A stretch of 64,000 bases of DNA. Origin: an archaeon. GTDB taxonomy: Archaea; Nanobdellota; Nanobdellia; Woesearchaeales; UBA9642. The DNA lies in assembly GCA_020057295.1 (NCBI GenBank), contig JAGVGF010000002.1:203878-267877 (forward strand), written 5' to 3'. The notes under the pieces were generated by a model. That model searched no databases. It was not told the DNA's origin and saw only the letters and a list, made by a program, of their open reading frames with translations. The position numbers and the translations under genes are program-made. Position 1 is the stretch's first letter. Every line of letters begins with the position of its first letter. Shown piece after piece: positions 47,552 to 58,262 of this stretch.

Positions 47552-48175
47552 ATGAAGCGCGCAATACTTACAGGATTTGAGCCATTTGGACCATACAAAT
47601 ATAATCCTGTTCAAGATACTGCAAGAGAATATAATAGAAAAATATTAGGAGATATTGAGATCATAGGATTAGTTTTACCATGCACATATTATGGAGCTTT
47701 TAAATTATTATCTGAAAAAATAGACGAGCTTTCTCCAGATATAATTATTGGTAGCGGACTCGCTTCTAGAATTCAACGTATAAGACTTGAAGCATTTGGA
47801 AGAAATGTTATGAATGGAAAATATCCCGACAACGAAGGAAGAAAGGCAGATAATGAACCTATTATTAAAGATGGAAACTTGCTATATCAAACAACTTCAA
47901 ATAGTATTCTCTTAGCAAGTGCTCTTTATGATTCAGGAATTTCTGCAGAAGTATCAATCGATGCTGAGGGATTTATTTGTAATTCTTTAATTTATCTAAC
48001 TGCAAAAAGAATTTCTGATGAAAATATTCCTATTAGGTTTGCTTTTTTCCATACTCCCTGGACAGAAGATTATTTAGATAGAGTAAACTTAGAATCTGGT
48101 AAAGTGACAATTAAAAAAAACAATTTAAGGAGAACAATAGAGCTTTTAGTAAGAAATGTTGAGCGAAACATATAA
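47552..48175 (+). CDS. pcp: Pyroglutamyl-peptidase I
   Basis: LTGFEPFG, RLE, AEGFICN, FFH.P. Confidence 0.88.
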   Translation: MKRAILTGFEPFGPYKYNPVQDTAREYNRKILGDIEIIGLVLPCTYYGAFKLLSEKIDELSPDIIIGSGLASRIQRIRLEAFGRNVMNGKYPDNEGRKADNEPIIKDGNLLYQTTSNSILLASALYDSGISAEVSIDAEGFICNSLIYLTAKRISDENIPIRFAFFHTPWTEDYLDRVNLESGKVTIKKNNLRRTIELLVRNVERNI

Positions 48176-48186
48176 ATTTCATCCAA

Positions 48187-48726
48187 TTATTCACAGAAAT
48201 AAATTATGTCTTTATCTTCTTCGATTTTTTTTAAAATTTTGAATTTTCCTTGAATTATCTTCTCAATAATTTCTCGTTTTTGACTTCTCTTTAGAAATGT
48301 TAGTATAAATTTCTTTCCAACACGTTTAATTTCGTCTAGTCCTTTAGAAATGTTAGTAAAATTTTGAATGGCTGTTAATGAAATAACTATATTAAATTCT
48401 TTATCTGTGTACGGAAGTTCTTCAGCTCGTTCTACTTTAAATTTTATTAATGGGTTATGTTTAATCGCTATTTTAATCAGTTCTGAACTCGGATCAATTC
48501 CGTGTTTTTCCTTAGCTTTAAAGAAACCCGTACTAATTCCAGTTCCACATCCAACATCAAGTAATTTATCAGAAGAGCTAATAAAATCTTTTAATCGAGA
48601 ATCGTTAACTATTTCTTTACCGATTAATTCTAATTTCTTCAACTGTTCCTCACTATGTAGTTCATCATATCCTGAAGCGATACTATCATAATATTCTTTA
48701 TGTGCTCCTATTTTATGTTCTGTCAT
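48187..48726 (-). CDS. Class I SAM-dependent methyltransferase
   Basis: LLDVGCGTG, GIDPS, AE.LP. Confidence 0.88.
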   Translation of the reverse strand: MTEHKIGAHKEYYDSIASGYDELHSEEQLKKLELIGKEIVNDSRLKDFISSSDKLLDVGCGTGISTGFFKAKEKHGIDPSSELIKIAIKHNPLIKFKVERAEELPYTDKEFNIVISLTAIQNFTNISKGLDEIKRVGKKFILTFLKRSQKREIIEKIIQGKFKILKKIEEDKDIIYFCE

Positions 48727-48760
48727 AAAATTCTTAAATCATTAATAGTTTATATGTTTT

Positions 48761-49285
48761 ATGACAATAACATTTTCAAGCAGTAGAAACCTGACAGCAG
48801 AAGATCATGATGCTGGTGCTGCGTTGACTGAGAAATATTTTAATACATCAGGAGATACAGAACAATTACAGATAAATAGTGATAATAAACAATGGTTTAG
48901 AAAAAATTTTCCGGAATCATTGACTGTGATAAAGGAAGATAATAAAATTATCGGATTAGCGTTTGTATTTTTATCAGACGATTATTCCATGCAGAAATTT
49001 ATAAGTGGCGAAATGTCAGAAAATGAATTAACCGAATATTTTAAAAAAAATTATTCTTCCCAAAAAAAAGATTTTACAAATTTATATCTATGTTCTGTGT
49101 TTATAATTCCAGAATATCGTGGGAGAGGATTGGGCGAACAGGTTTTACTTGCTAAAATAGAAGAAATGTCTCATAATGTAAACTTGCGAAGTCTGTTCTA
49201 TTGGGCATATTCAGATGTCGGAGAACATATTTCTAAAAATATCGCGAAAAAAACTACACTATTACTACACAGGAGATCTGAATGA
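48761..49285 (+). CDS. GNAT acetyltransferase
   Basis: VFIIPEYRGRGLG. Confidence 0.75.
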   Translation: MTITFSSSRNLTAEDHDAGAALTEKYFNTSGDTEQLQINSDNKQWFRKNFPESLTVIKEDNKIIGLAFVFLSDDYSMQKFISGEMSENELTEYFKKNYSSQKKDFTNLYLCSVFIIPEYRGRGLGEQVLLAKIEEMSHNVNLRSLFYWAYSDVGEHISKNIAKKTTLLLHRRSE

Positions 49286-50106
49286 ATAGATTTCTCCTAT
49301 TATTAAAAACTAGTCGCCCAATATTTTGGTTAGTTGCTCCTTTAGTGTTTATTGGAGGATTAATTGTTGGTGAAGCAAAATTCTCTGTATTGTCTGTTAT
49401 TCAACTAGTTCTGTTGTCATTTCCTTATTCCTTATTTGTATTTGGCATTAATGATATATATGATTATGCATCTGATAAAATTAATTCTAGAAAAAAATTT
49501 GTCGAAGGAATTGCTTTACAGCCAAGATATCATGAATTCGTTAAACACTCTGTCCTGATTGCAGGATTTGTTTTATTGTTAAGTTCGTTATTCACTTTAA
49601 ACATTCTAAATATTATGTCGATGATTTTATTACTGTTTTTATCATATTATTATTCTTCAAAACCATTAAGATTTAAAGAAGTTCCTCTACTTGATTCAAT
49701 AACTAATGGCTTAGGATTTTTGTTTGTGGCTTTATTAGGGTTTAGTTTTGGAAGTAGCATTGAACAATTACCAATAAAAGCATTATTTGTTGCTGGATGT
49801 GTTTCGGCAATGCATGCCCTAACAACAATTGTAGATTATCAAGTTGATAAGAAAGCAAAGGTCAAAACATTTTCTACAGTTCTCGGAAAGAGAAACGCAG
49901 CATTATTTGCCTTACTGATATTTATAATGACGATAATTTTTTCAAATATTCTATCAATAATAATCCTTTTATATTTAGCGATATGTGCATTATCGAGTTT
50001 AATGATTATGATTTATCCGAATGAAAAATTTTCATTAGTTGTCAATAGAATTTTATTTGTGTTGTTCCTTATAACAATAGCATCTTACTTGATTTTTAGA
50101 TTTTAA
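49282..50106 (+). CDS. UbiA family prenyltransferase (lycopene elongase-like subgroup)
   Basis: SRP.FW, GINDIYD..SD..N.RK, YYS..PLRFKE.P..DS, D...D. Confidence 0.85.
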   Translation: MNRFLLLLKTSRPIFWLVAPLVFIGGLIVGEAKFSVLSVIQLVLLSFPYSLFVFGINDIYDYASDKINSRKKFVEGIALQPRYHEFVKHSVLIAGFVLLLSSLFTLNILNIMSMILLLFLSYYYSSKPLRFKEVPLLDSITNGLGFLFVALLGFSFGSSIEQLPIKALFVAGCVSAMHALTTIVDYQVDKKAKVKTFSTVLGKRNAALFALLIFIMTIIFSNILSIIILLYLAICALSSLMIMIYPNEKFSLVVNRILFVLFLITIASYLIFRF

Positions 50107-50155
50107 CGTCAACTTTTTAAATCTCTCTTTTGTCCTTATATTATTATCATAAAAC

Positions 50156-50227
50156 GGGCTCATGGTCTAGTGGTATGACGTTTCCTTGACGTGGAAAAGG
50201 TCGCCGGTTCGAATCCGGCTGGGCCCA
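50156..50227 (+). tRNA. tRNA-Val (GAC), no encoded CCA
   Basis: Cloverleaf GGGCTCA/TGGGCCC, TTTCC-TTGACGT-GGAAA, GCCGG-TTCGAAT-CCGGC. Confidence 0.95.
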
Positions 50228-50311
50228 GTTTTATTTGTTTTATACTTTAATGTTATTCTCCTTACCATCAAATATATAAACTCGTTATATACATAGCATT
50301 ATTAGAAAGAG

Positions 50312-50776
50312 GTGTATATGTCTTACATTGATATTCCGAAGTATAGAGTTAGTCCAAGACCAGAACGTTTTCTAGTTAATCAGATATTTGTGGAGATATT
50401 ATTAGGAGTATTACTATATCTTGGTATATTTGTTAATTATTTTCTGATTAATGAATCTATTCCAGAATTCTTGAACGGAATTTTTATTGTTGGAATACTG
50501 CTTACATTAATTATTGATGCACTATTATCTTACATGAAATATGGACATTACGTTTATGAATTTCATGAAAATAGGCTTGTTGTAACAGAATCAGACATTA
50601 AAACTGTTCCTTATGATTCTATTAAGACTATGCATTATACACATAATTTGTTAGATGATTGGTTTAAGACAGGATCTATAGTATTAAATCTAAATGATGG
50701 AAAAAAAATAAAGATAAGATATCTATATAATTCTAATCAAGTATTCTTCTGGCTGCAAAAGAATCTACGTCACTAA
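50312..50776 (+). CDS. Two-TM protein with bacterial PH-like domain
   Basis: Two TM helices then Y.F...R....., I.Y..I, D..F.TG.I. Confidence 0.65.
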   Translation: MYMSYIDIPKYRVSPRPERFLVNQIFVEILLGVLLYLGIFVNYFLINESIPEFLNGIFIVGILLTLIIDALLSYMKYGHYVYEFHENRLVVTESDIKTVPYDSIKTMHYTHNLLDDWFKTGSIVLNLNDGKKIKIRYLYNSNQVFFWLQKNLRH

Positions 50777-50906
50777 TTCTTTTGCTATCTGTTCGCTCTA
50801 ATCGTTACTTTATCGATATGCTAATTCATATTGCAATTTTCTTAGCATTATTTTGTTTTATAAATATTCGCTCACCTTATGATAACAAAAGAATCTACGT
50901 CACTAA
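50756..50906 (+). repeat. 21-bp direct repeat CAAAAGAATCTACGTCACTAA, 109-bp spacer
   Basis: Exact copies at 50756-50776 and 50886-50906. Confidence 0.8.
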
Positions 50907-50944
50907 CGTAACATTTATATATTAATTATAGTAGAATTGACGAT

Positions 50945-51874
50945 ATGGATTTGAAGCCGTTATTTTATACAATATTTAAAACGTTGAATCCATACTCTTA
51001 TGACGAGTTGACCGATAGACGTTTAAGTTATGCACTTAAGTATTTTGCATTCATCACAATATTCTGTATAATTCTTATGTTTATACTATTCATTCCTTTC
51101 CTATTCTATACACATCAATACGTTGCTGAAGATATCGCGCACTTTCAGAATCTAACAGTAGCCTCAACGTTTACATTAAAGGATTCATTTAACTTATTAT
51201 CTGATCCTATAATAAAGTTTGATTCCAAAAAACAGAACATTAGTGATGAGTTTGTTCTTATAACTCCCGATACAGCATCTTATAGGCAATTCTTTATGTT
51301 TGGTAAACAAATAGATATTCCCTTAAATAAAGGCTTAGATATTGCATCAAGTCCAAATGCTAATGTATTCATAAGTTTAGGATTACTCTTCTTACTACCA
51401 TCATTATTCTTTTGGTCAATAATATTTTTTATGGTATACTTTATGATGATAATATTTGTTACATTCATCTTAGGATCAATACTTGCAGGAATATTTAGAG
51501 TAAATATTACTTTATTGAAAACGTTAAAAGCATCGATATATGCTTGCACGATATTCATAGTCCTGCAGTTAGTGCTAATGCCTTTCTTTAGATTATTGTT
51601 ATTACCGTTAGCACTATATTGGATATTATTTTTGATTATTTTATTTTTATGGCGTGATGAAGAAGATGAACGAGAAAGGCGTGGACAGGATAGGGAAGGT
51701 TCAAGCAAGAATAAAGACATGTTTGGTCGTAAGGATAAGCCTAAGGATTCATGGTGGCCTGACAAAAGAAATATAGTACAAGATGCGTATGATGTTGACG
51801 AACATGGCAATCTTAAGAGTGGTTCGAAGAAACATCACAATGAAGATGATGAAGATGGATATGTGAGATTATAA
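50945..51874 (+). CDS. DUF1189-like membrane protein with charged C-terminal tail
   Basis: N-terminal TM, extracellular loop, 3 TM with ASIYA.T. Confidence 0.6.
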   Translation: MDLKPLFYTIFKTLNPYSYDELTDRRLSYALKYFAFITIFCIILMFILFIPFLFYTHQYVAEDIAHFQNLTVASTFTLKDSFNLLSDPIIKFDSKKQNISDEFVLITPDTASYRQFFMFGKQIDIPLNKGLDIASSPNANVFISLGLLFLLPSLFFWSIIFFMVYFMMIIFVTFILGSILAGIFRVNITLLKTLKASIYACTIFIVLQLVLMPFFRLLLLPLALYWILFLIILFLWRDEEDERERRGQDREGSSKNKDMFGRKDKPKDSWWPDKRNIVQDAYDVDEHGNLKSGSKKHHNEDDEDGYVRL

Positions 51875-52031
51875 ATACATTTTTCTATAAGTATATCTTT
51901 TTACTCTTTCTTTTTTGCAACCATTGTAACCTTATAAAGTATTTTCTCTGGAGTGAAAACAATAAACTTTAAATATCGCAGTTGCCATATATGTTATTAT
52001 TGTAATTGATTATTATAATCGTGAGGTATTT

Positions 52032-52784
52032 ATGGAATCTAGAGAGCAAAGAATTGCCACATTAACAGCAACATTAAAAGCTTCAGGAATAGCAAAAAGT
52101 GATAGTCAGGCTAGGATGATGGCTGAAGAAATGATTGGTGTAGAAGAACATGTACAGAAGAGTTATGAAGTAGAACATGCAAAAGCACATGAATATTTAC
52201 AGACTGCTAAAAATTTGGGTACAAGACCTGCACAACAGACACAAAAACCTGTACAGGAAGTTAGATTCTCGCAACAATCAAATTCTCAAGATACTCGAAC
52301 TCCAAAAATACAGGAATTACCTCAGCGAGAAAAAATTGAATCAGTATATACTGATGTAAACATTAATTCTACTAAACCTTTAGCACAAGCAGTTAATGAA
52401 CATGATACACACAACCCTGCCATTGAAGCTATAAAGAATCAGATGATGCATGAGCATATAATTCCATTAGAGGATAGAGAACAACCACTACAAAAAGAAC
52501 CATCTAAAGATGTACCTTCTGAAGTAGATTATCATGAATCGACTGATTCATCTGTTGAAAATTCAACAATTCAACCAGTCGTTGATACACCGGTTGAGCA
52601 AAATGAAACAGTTGAACAACCAACATTAGATACTCAAAAACTTGTAGAGATGATGGAAGAGGATGGAAAACTAGAGGAACATACTAGAGAAATTAAAGAA
52701 AAACCTAAGGATGTCAAGCCAAAAGAGGCTTATGCAGAAAACAGTATTGATCTAGGTAATGTGTTTAATTTTAATAAGAAATAG
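52032..52784 (+). CDS. Hypothetical acidic, largely disordered protein
   Basis: E/Q/P-rich 250-aa ORF with GTGAGG SD. Confidence 0.7.
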   Translation: MESREQRIATLTATLKASGIAKSDSQARMMAEEMIGVEEHVQKSYEVEHAKAHEYLQTAKNLGTRPAQQTQKPVQEVRFSQQSNSQDTRTPKIQELPQREKIESVYTDVNINSTKPLAQAVNEHDTHNPAIEAIKNQMMHEHIIPLEDREQPLQKEPSKDVPSEVDYHESTDSSVENSTIQPVVDTPVEQNETVEQPTLDTQKLVEMMEEDGKLEEHTREIKEKPKDVKPKEAYAENSIDLGNVFNFNKK

Positions 52785-52926
52785 TTTATTTAATTTTTTT
52801 AATAATATTGTAATTGATTCTGAATGGGAAAATAAGCTTGAAATCACTGGGTAGTGAATAAAATCGAAACCTTTATAAATAATATTCTACTACACAGTGA
52901 TAACTTAATGTTTGTTGGGGGTTAAA

Positions 52927-53964
52927 ATGAGCGCAACAAAGTCAATATTATTTGGATTGTCATTACTTACTGCTGCTGAATTAACAATTGTTGAGAGAGC
53001 ATTAGCAGATTTTAATTCATTAAAAAACGCTGCAAAGAGTATTCCTAATGCAACTCAATTAAATGTTCCAGAAATTCCAAGTAACGTTGTTATTATGGAT
53101 CACACTAGAAATCCATCAGGATTTAAAGGATACACTGGAATCGCAGCTGCTCCTGCAGTAGACGATTCAATTGCTAAAATAGCAGATGATCTTGGTGTAA
53201 TGCAATGGTACGTGACACCACGCGGTACAATATTAAGATATAAGAGTTTGCCTAATGGTTCTATAAAATTACACACTTCAACAAACGATTCATTAGCATA
53301 TTTACAGATGGTTGGAAAAGGAATATTTGATTCAACAATACTTAAAGAGAATCATGCACCTACAGTTAGAAGTCAATTTAATGAATTTAGTATGCCTATA
53401 AATGGCGGTAGAAAATTCATCGGATTAGCATCAACTTTATTTGATGATGTAGATCCTGGAGACAAACAAAGATTGTCTTACGCAGGATGGTTAACAGATC
53501 CTTCAAAAGCATTATTTCAAATAGTTAATGATACATTATATGTAACACCACTAGATACTGGAAAAACTAATTTAGTGTTAAAAGTAGCTGATCCACAAGC
53601 TGATTCAGTAAAGATGACTATACCAATAACTATTGGTGCACCAGTAACATCTGTAGATGATAAAGTAACTAACGGTGTTCCTAATAATTTCAAGGTACAG
53701 AATTATCCAAATCCATTTAATCCATCAACTAATATAGCATACACTTTAGAAACTGATGGTAAAGTAAGATTCGAGATATTTGATGCATTAGGAAGATTAG
53801 TAGAAACATTAATCGATGAAAGACAAAAGGCAGGAACACATACTATAAATTATAACGCATCAAAGCACAATCTATCTTCAGGAATATATTATGGTAGATG
53901 TACGGTTAAGGGATCAGACGGATCCTATAAATTGTCAACAGTAAAACTATCGTTGACAAAATAA
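52927..53964 (+). CDS. Secreted protein with T9SS type A C-terminal sorting domain
   Basis: Signal peptide; VTSV...P..F..QNYPNPFNPST.I.Y.L....V...IFD.LGR.V..L.......G...I.......LSSGIY......K..L.K. Confidence 0.85.
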   Translation: MSATKSILFGLSLLTAAELTIVERALADFNSLKNAAKSIPNATQLNVPEIPSNVVIMDHTRNPSGFKGYTGIAAAPAVDDSIAKIADDLGVMQWYVTPRGTILRYKSLPNGSIKLHTSTNDSLAYLQMVGKGIFDSTILKENHAPTVRSQFNEFSMPINGGRKFIGLASTLFDDVDPGDKQRLSYAGWLTDPSKALFQIVNDTLYVTPLDTGKTNLVLKVADPQADSVKMTIPITIGAPVTSVDDKVTNGVPNNFKVQNYPNPFNPSTNIAYTLETDGKVRFEIFDALGRLVETLIDERQKAGTHTINYNASKHNLSSGIYYGRCTVKGSDGSYKLSTVKLSLTK

Positions 53965-54018
53965 TAAAAATTATAAAGTTGGAGAACTTATTATAGAATG
54001 ATAACGGGGGTTTTAAAC

Positions 54019-56013
54019 ATGAAAAAAGTCTTTATTGCAGTACTATTATTGTTAATGGTTGGAATTGTAAGCACCTTTGTAAGTGCACTGGATTTACAAG
54101 TTGTAGGAGTATACACTGATCCTGCAAATCCACCAGTATTAAATCAGAATGCTACTATAAGAACTGATGTACAGTTCGTAAACGGCACAGGTCCAATAAG
54201 TGGAGTGTTATTAAATATAGATTTCGGCAATGGAGCAAGTTCAAGTAGAACCGTAACATTAAACACAGTTAGTACTGTGTATTCATTCTTTGATTCAGTA
54301 AAATATACTAGCACAGGAGCAGTAAACATTAATGCAACAGTAGATCCATTAAATACTTTTGCTGAAGATATTGAATCTAATAATCAAGTATTAAAATCTG
54401 TAACTGTTACACCATCAGGTCCAGCAGTAAGCCTACAAAATGTAATATTACAAGGCAATCCTGGAACTAACCCAACAACTTCCGTTAATCTAGTAAACAA
54501 TGGTACAGTAGATTTGAATACTATAACTATTGTTTCATCAGTATTAACATCAAGTACAAGCACAATACCAGCATCAGCAGTCACAATAAGTCCATCAAGT
54601 ATAACATTGTTAACTGTTGGCTCAACTGCAGGTCTAACTGTAACCACATATATCCCAGCAGGCCAAGCAGCAGGAACATATACAGGAACATTAACTTTAG
54701 GATATAATAGTGCAACAACAACATTCCCAATAACAGTTACTGTAAACAATGTTGCTACAGCACCATCATTCTCTGTAAATGATTTAGAGTTCATACCACA
54801 AGATGGAATGAGAGGACAAGATGTAAGTCAAACATTACGTATGACTAATACTGGTAATCAGGCATTAACATTGAATTTATCTTCAACTTTACCTTCAGCA
54901 TATAAGGTAAGATTTAGTTTATCAACAGTTACAGTAAATCCTGGAGCTAGCGTTGATGTTACAGTAACTTCATACGTACCATTATCACAAGCATCAGGCA
55001 GAACACAAGTTAATAGCGGAATAGTTGTATCATCAACTAATATCCCTGGTCTAACACAAACATCTAACACATTCTTTACAGTATCAAGCATGTTAGAGAT
55101 ATACAAGGTAGCTTTAGAAATTGATGGTGATACAAGATCACTTAGCGCCGGAGATACTTACGAAAAGGATTTGAAAGCAGGAGCACCAATAAAATTAACA
55201 ATATCTGTAAGAAACAATTTCTATAGTCTTCAAGATATAGACATTAACGATGTAAGAGTAGATGTTAGAAGCTCAGGAGCTTTAGATGTTGATGAAACTG
55301 ATGATTTGAATGATTTATCATATGGTGATAAAGATTCAATATCAATAAGTACAACAATACCTTCAGATGCAGAAGATGGCGACTCTTATAATATAAATGT
55401 AAAAGCAACAGGTAAGGACTCATATGGTGCAGCACATTCATCAACATACAATGTGAGATTACAAGTTAAGAGAACATCTCACGAAATAACAATTCAAGAT
55501 GTATCATTAACACCACAAAGAATTGTATGTAGTGGAAGAGCAACAGTAAATGCACAATTAAAAAATACAGGAAGATACAACGAAAATAAGGTACACTTAC
55601 TAATAGAAAATGCCGATCTAAACTTAAAGCAGAGATTCTACGATATATCTTTAGATAAAGATGATACTATAAGAAAGACATATACATTTAATATCGGAAA
55701 TACTACACCTGCAGGACAGTATGATGTAATATTAACATCATTCTACAATACAGAAACAGATAGTGATACTCAAATTGCGACATTAACTGTTGAACCATGT
55801 CCAAGTACAGCTACTACGAACAATCCAAATGCAGGAACAGGAAGTAACACACCAACACCTAATTATCCACAGGTAACTCCAGTAACAGGAGCATCACCAG
55901 TGTATGGTAGTTCATCTTTTGGTGATAGTACAGCATATGTGGTATTATTAGTAGCAGGAGTAGTTGTAGTATTAGCAATACTAATAATATTGTTAGCAAA
56001 GTTTGTATTCTAA
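54019..56013 (+). CDS. Multi-Ig/CARDB-like cell-surface protein with C-terminal TM anchor
   Basis: Signal peptide, VDP.N...E..ESNN CARDB motif, N.GN/IP....G.Y repeats, C-terminal TM. Confidence 0.8.
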   Translation: MKKVFIAVLLLLMVGIVSTFVSALDLQVVGVYTDPANPPVLNQNATIRTDVQFVNGTGPISGVLLNIDFGNGASSSRTVTLNTVSTVYSFFDSVKYTSTGAVNINATVDPLNTFAEDIESNNQVLKSVTVTPSGPAVSLQNVILQGNPGTNPTTSVNLVNNGTVDLNTITIVSSVLTSSTSTIPASAVTISPSSITLLTVGSTAGLTVTTYIPAGQAAGTYTGTLTLGYNSATTTFPITVTVNNVATAPSFSVNDLEFIPQDGMRGQDVSQTLRMTNTGNQALTLNLSSTLPSAYKVRFSLSTVTVNPGASVDVTVTSYVPLSQASGRTQVNSGIVVSSTNIPGLTQTSNTFFTVSSMLEIYKVALEIDGDTRSLSAGDTYEKDLKAGAPIKLTISVRNNFYSLQDIDINDVRVDVRSSGALDVDETDDLNDLSYGDKDSISISTTIPSDAEDGDSYNINVKATGKDSYGAAHSSTYNVRLQVKRTSHEITIQDVSLTPQRIVCSGRATVNAQLKNTGRYNENKVHLLIENADLNLKQRFYDISLDKDDTIRKTYTFNIGNTTPAGQYDVILTSFYNTETDSDTQIATLTVEPCPSTATTNNPNAGTGSNTPTPNYPQVTPVTGASPVYGSSSFGDSTAYVVLLVAGVVVVLAILIILLAKFVF

Positions 56014-56183
56014 ACTTTTTTATTATTTTTTTATTTTTATTTTAACACTTTTTCTTATAAAACTTTTTCTTATAACAATATATTGAATTAAATAAGGTGT
56101 AATAGTTTAATTATAGTTTGATAGTTTAGTATCGTAACATTTATATATACTCATTATAGAATTATTATCAAAAGTGGTGAGTA

Positions 56184-57488
56184 ATGAAGTTAATATTCCA
56201 TGGTGGTGCAAGAGAGGTTGGGAAGAGTTGTATTGAATTGGTTAGTAACTCGCATAGATATCTTCTTGATGCTGGTTTAAAATTTAAGGAACACGGTTTT
56301 GAAGCACCATTTCACGTTTTTGATCTTCCACGTGTTGATGGATTATTTTTAAGTCACGCACATTTAGATCATTCTGGTGCATTACCTTTATTTGAACATT
56401 ATAATCTTATCTGTCCAATATTTACCACGGAACAAACTAAAGAATTAACCAATATTTTACTTGAGGATTCATATAAAATAGCGCGTATCAGACATTTACA
56501 TCCAGCATATGCAAAACCTGACTTACATAAAGTTAATAATGCAGTAAATATTGTAGATTTTAATAAATCTTATAATTTTAAAAATGTCGAATACAAATTC
56601 TTTAATGCTGGACATATTCCTGGTAGTGCAATGATTCTAATAAAGACTGACGGTAAAAAAATATTATATACTGGAGATTTTAGACTTAGAAGCACTGAAA
56701 TAATGAAGGGTGCAGAAACTGATTTTGATGAACATATTAATAGTGGTGATCTAAAAGATATTGATGTACTCATCTGTGAAACTACTTATGGTGGTAGAAC
56801 TTTAAATAATCATGACGTTGTTAAAAAGAATTTTCTTGATAGAATTGAAGAGGTTATAAAAACAGGATCTGTAGTTATCCCTGTATTTGCTTTAGGCAGA
56901 GCTCAAGATGTATTATTAATGTTATCTGAACGTAAATGGCCTGTACCCATATATTATGACGGATTATCTGTAAAAATGACCAAAACTATACTTAGAAATA
57001 ATCCATCTTACTTGAATAATAGACCCTTACTTTATGAAATGTTTAATAGACGTGTGGATCAAATAACTAAGCAGAAGAAACGTGAAAAAGTTATGGGTAA
57101 TCATGGGATAGTTGTTACGACAAGTGGAATGTTACAAGGCGGCCCTGTACTTGCATATATTGATAACATGTGGGGCAATCCTAACAATGCAGTATTAATG
57201 ACAGGTTATCAATGTAAGAGAACCAATGGACAATTATTACTTGACGAAGGATACATTTATTTAAATGGTTGGAAAACAGTTGTTAAATGTCAAGTTGCAA
57301 AATATGATTTTAGTGGGCATTCAGATGATCCTCAATTAAGAGAATTTATTACAAAAATTAATCCTAAAAATTTAATATTACAGCATGGAGATCCAGAGAG
57401 TAGCATAAAAGTTAAAGAATGGGCTGAACAAGCGTTAAAATGTAATGTGTATGTTCCAGCAGTTGGGGATGAATTAGAATTCAAATAG
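56184..57488 (+). CDS. MBL-fold beta-CASP ribonuclease
   Basis: GGAREVGKS, SHAHLDH, AGHIPG, TGD, ETTYG, SGH. Confidence 0.92.
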   Translation: MKLIFHGGAREVGKSCIELVSNSHRYLLDAGLKFKEHGFEAPFHVFDLPRVDGLFLSHAHLDHSGALPLFEHYNLICPIFTTEQTKELTNILLEDSYKIARIRHLHPAYAKPDLHKVNNAVNIVDFNKSYNFKNVEYKFFNAGHIPGSAMILIKTDGKKILYTGDFRLRSTEIMKGAETDFDEHINSGDLKDIDVLICETTYGGRTLNNHDVVKKNFLDRIEEVIKTGSVVIPVFALGRAQDVLLMLSERKWPVPIYYDGLSVKMTKTILRNNPSYLNNRPLLYEMFNRRVDQITKQKKREKVMGNHGIVVTTSGMLQGGPVLAYIDNMWGNPNNAVLMTGYQCKRTNGQLLLDEGYIYLNGWKTVVKCQVAKYDFSGHSDDPQLREFITKINPKNLILQHGDPESSIKVKEWAEQALKCNVYVPAVGDELEFK

Positions 57489-57553
57489 TAATATTATTAT
57501 AAAAACTGTCAAACAAGCATATTTTCTCATTTGTCAAGTAATTTATTAAAAGA

Positions 57554-58240
57554 TTATTTTTTCTTAAAATTTCTTATTATTTTTAAGACTTCTTCTGGCG
57601 TATCTGCAAACTGTATATAATCTAATTGTTTTTCTGTTATGAATCCTTCTTTTACAGCGTTGTTTTTTAACCAGCTAAATAATCCTTTCCAATATTTTGT
57701 GTTTACACAAATAATCGGTACTGTATCTGCCATATGAGTTTCTACAAGTGTAATATATTCAAAAAGTTCATTCAATGTTCCATATCCTCCAGGATAAAAG
57801 ACAAGTGCATCACTTTCTATAGAAAGACAGAATCTTCTAACAAATAGAAAGTTAAATGAATATTGATGTGTAAATAATTTGTCCTCAACATGTTGTTCTC
57901 GTTGAATGAATTTTGCTTTGAATCCTATTGATAAAGTTTTAGCACGTATTGCGCCACTGTTAGATGCTTTCATAATTCCTGGGCCACCACCACTTATTAT
58001 TGCGTAACCATTTTTTCCGAGAAGATATGCTGTTTTTTCACAATTAATATAATCTTTTTCTTTCTCGTTCGTAACATGTGATCCAAAAAAACTTACCATA
58101 TTTTTATGTATACTTCTAAGAAGTTTTAAACCATCAATAATATCTTGTGAAGTACTATGTGCGGTTTTTATTATGTGATCATATTGTTTTTGATTTGTTG
58201 GTAAAAAAATATTATTTTTTTTCATAATTATTCCTCTCAT
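57554..58240 (-). CDS. LOG family nucleotide phosphoribohydrolase
   Basis: SGGGPGIM, PGGYGTLNE. Confidence 0.88.
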   Translation of the reverse strand: MRGIIMKKNNIFLPTNQKQYDHIIKTAHSTSQDIIDGLKLLRSIHKNMVSFFGSHVTNEKEKDYINCEKTAYLLGKNGYAIISGGGPGIMKASNSGAIRAKTLSIGFKAKFIQREQHVEDKLFTHQYSFNFLFVRRFCLSIESDALVFYPGGYGTLNELFEYITLVETHMADTVPIICVNTKYWKGLFSWLKNNAVKEGFITEKQLDYIQFADTPEEVLKIIRNFKKK

Positions 58241-58262
58241 GTATTGTTATTGTTGTATAATT

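Noticed and set aside
56014-56080. Tandem ACTTTTTCTTATAA repeat and T-tracts
   Set aside because: Low-complexity archaeal terminator region
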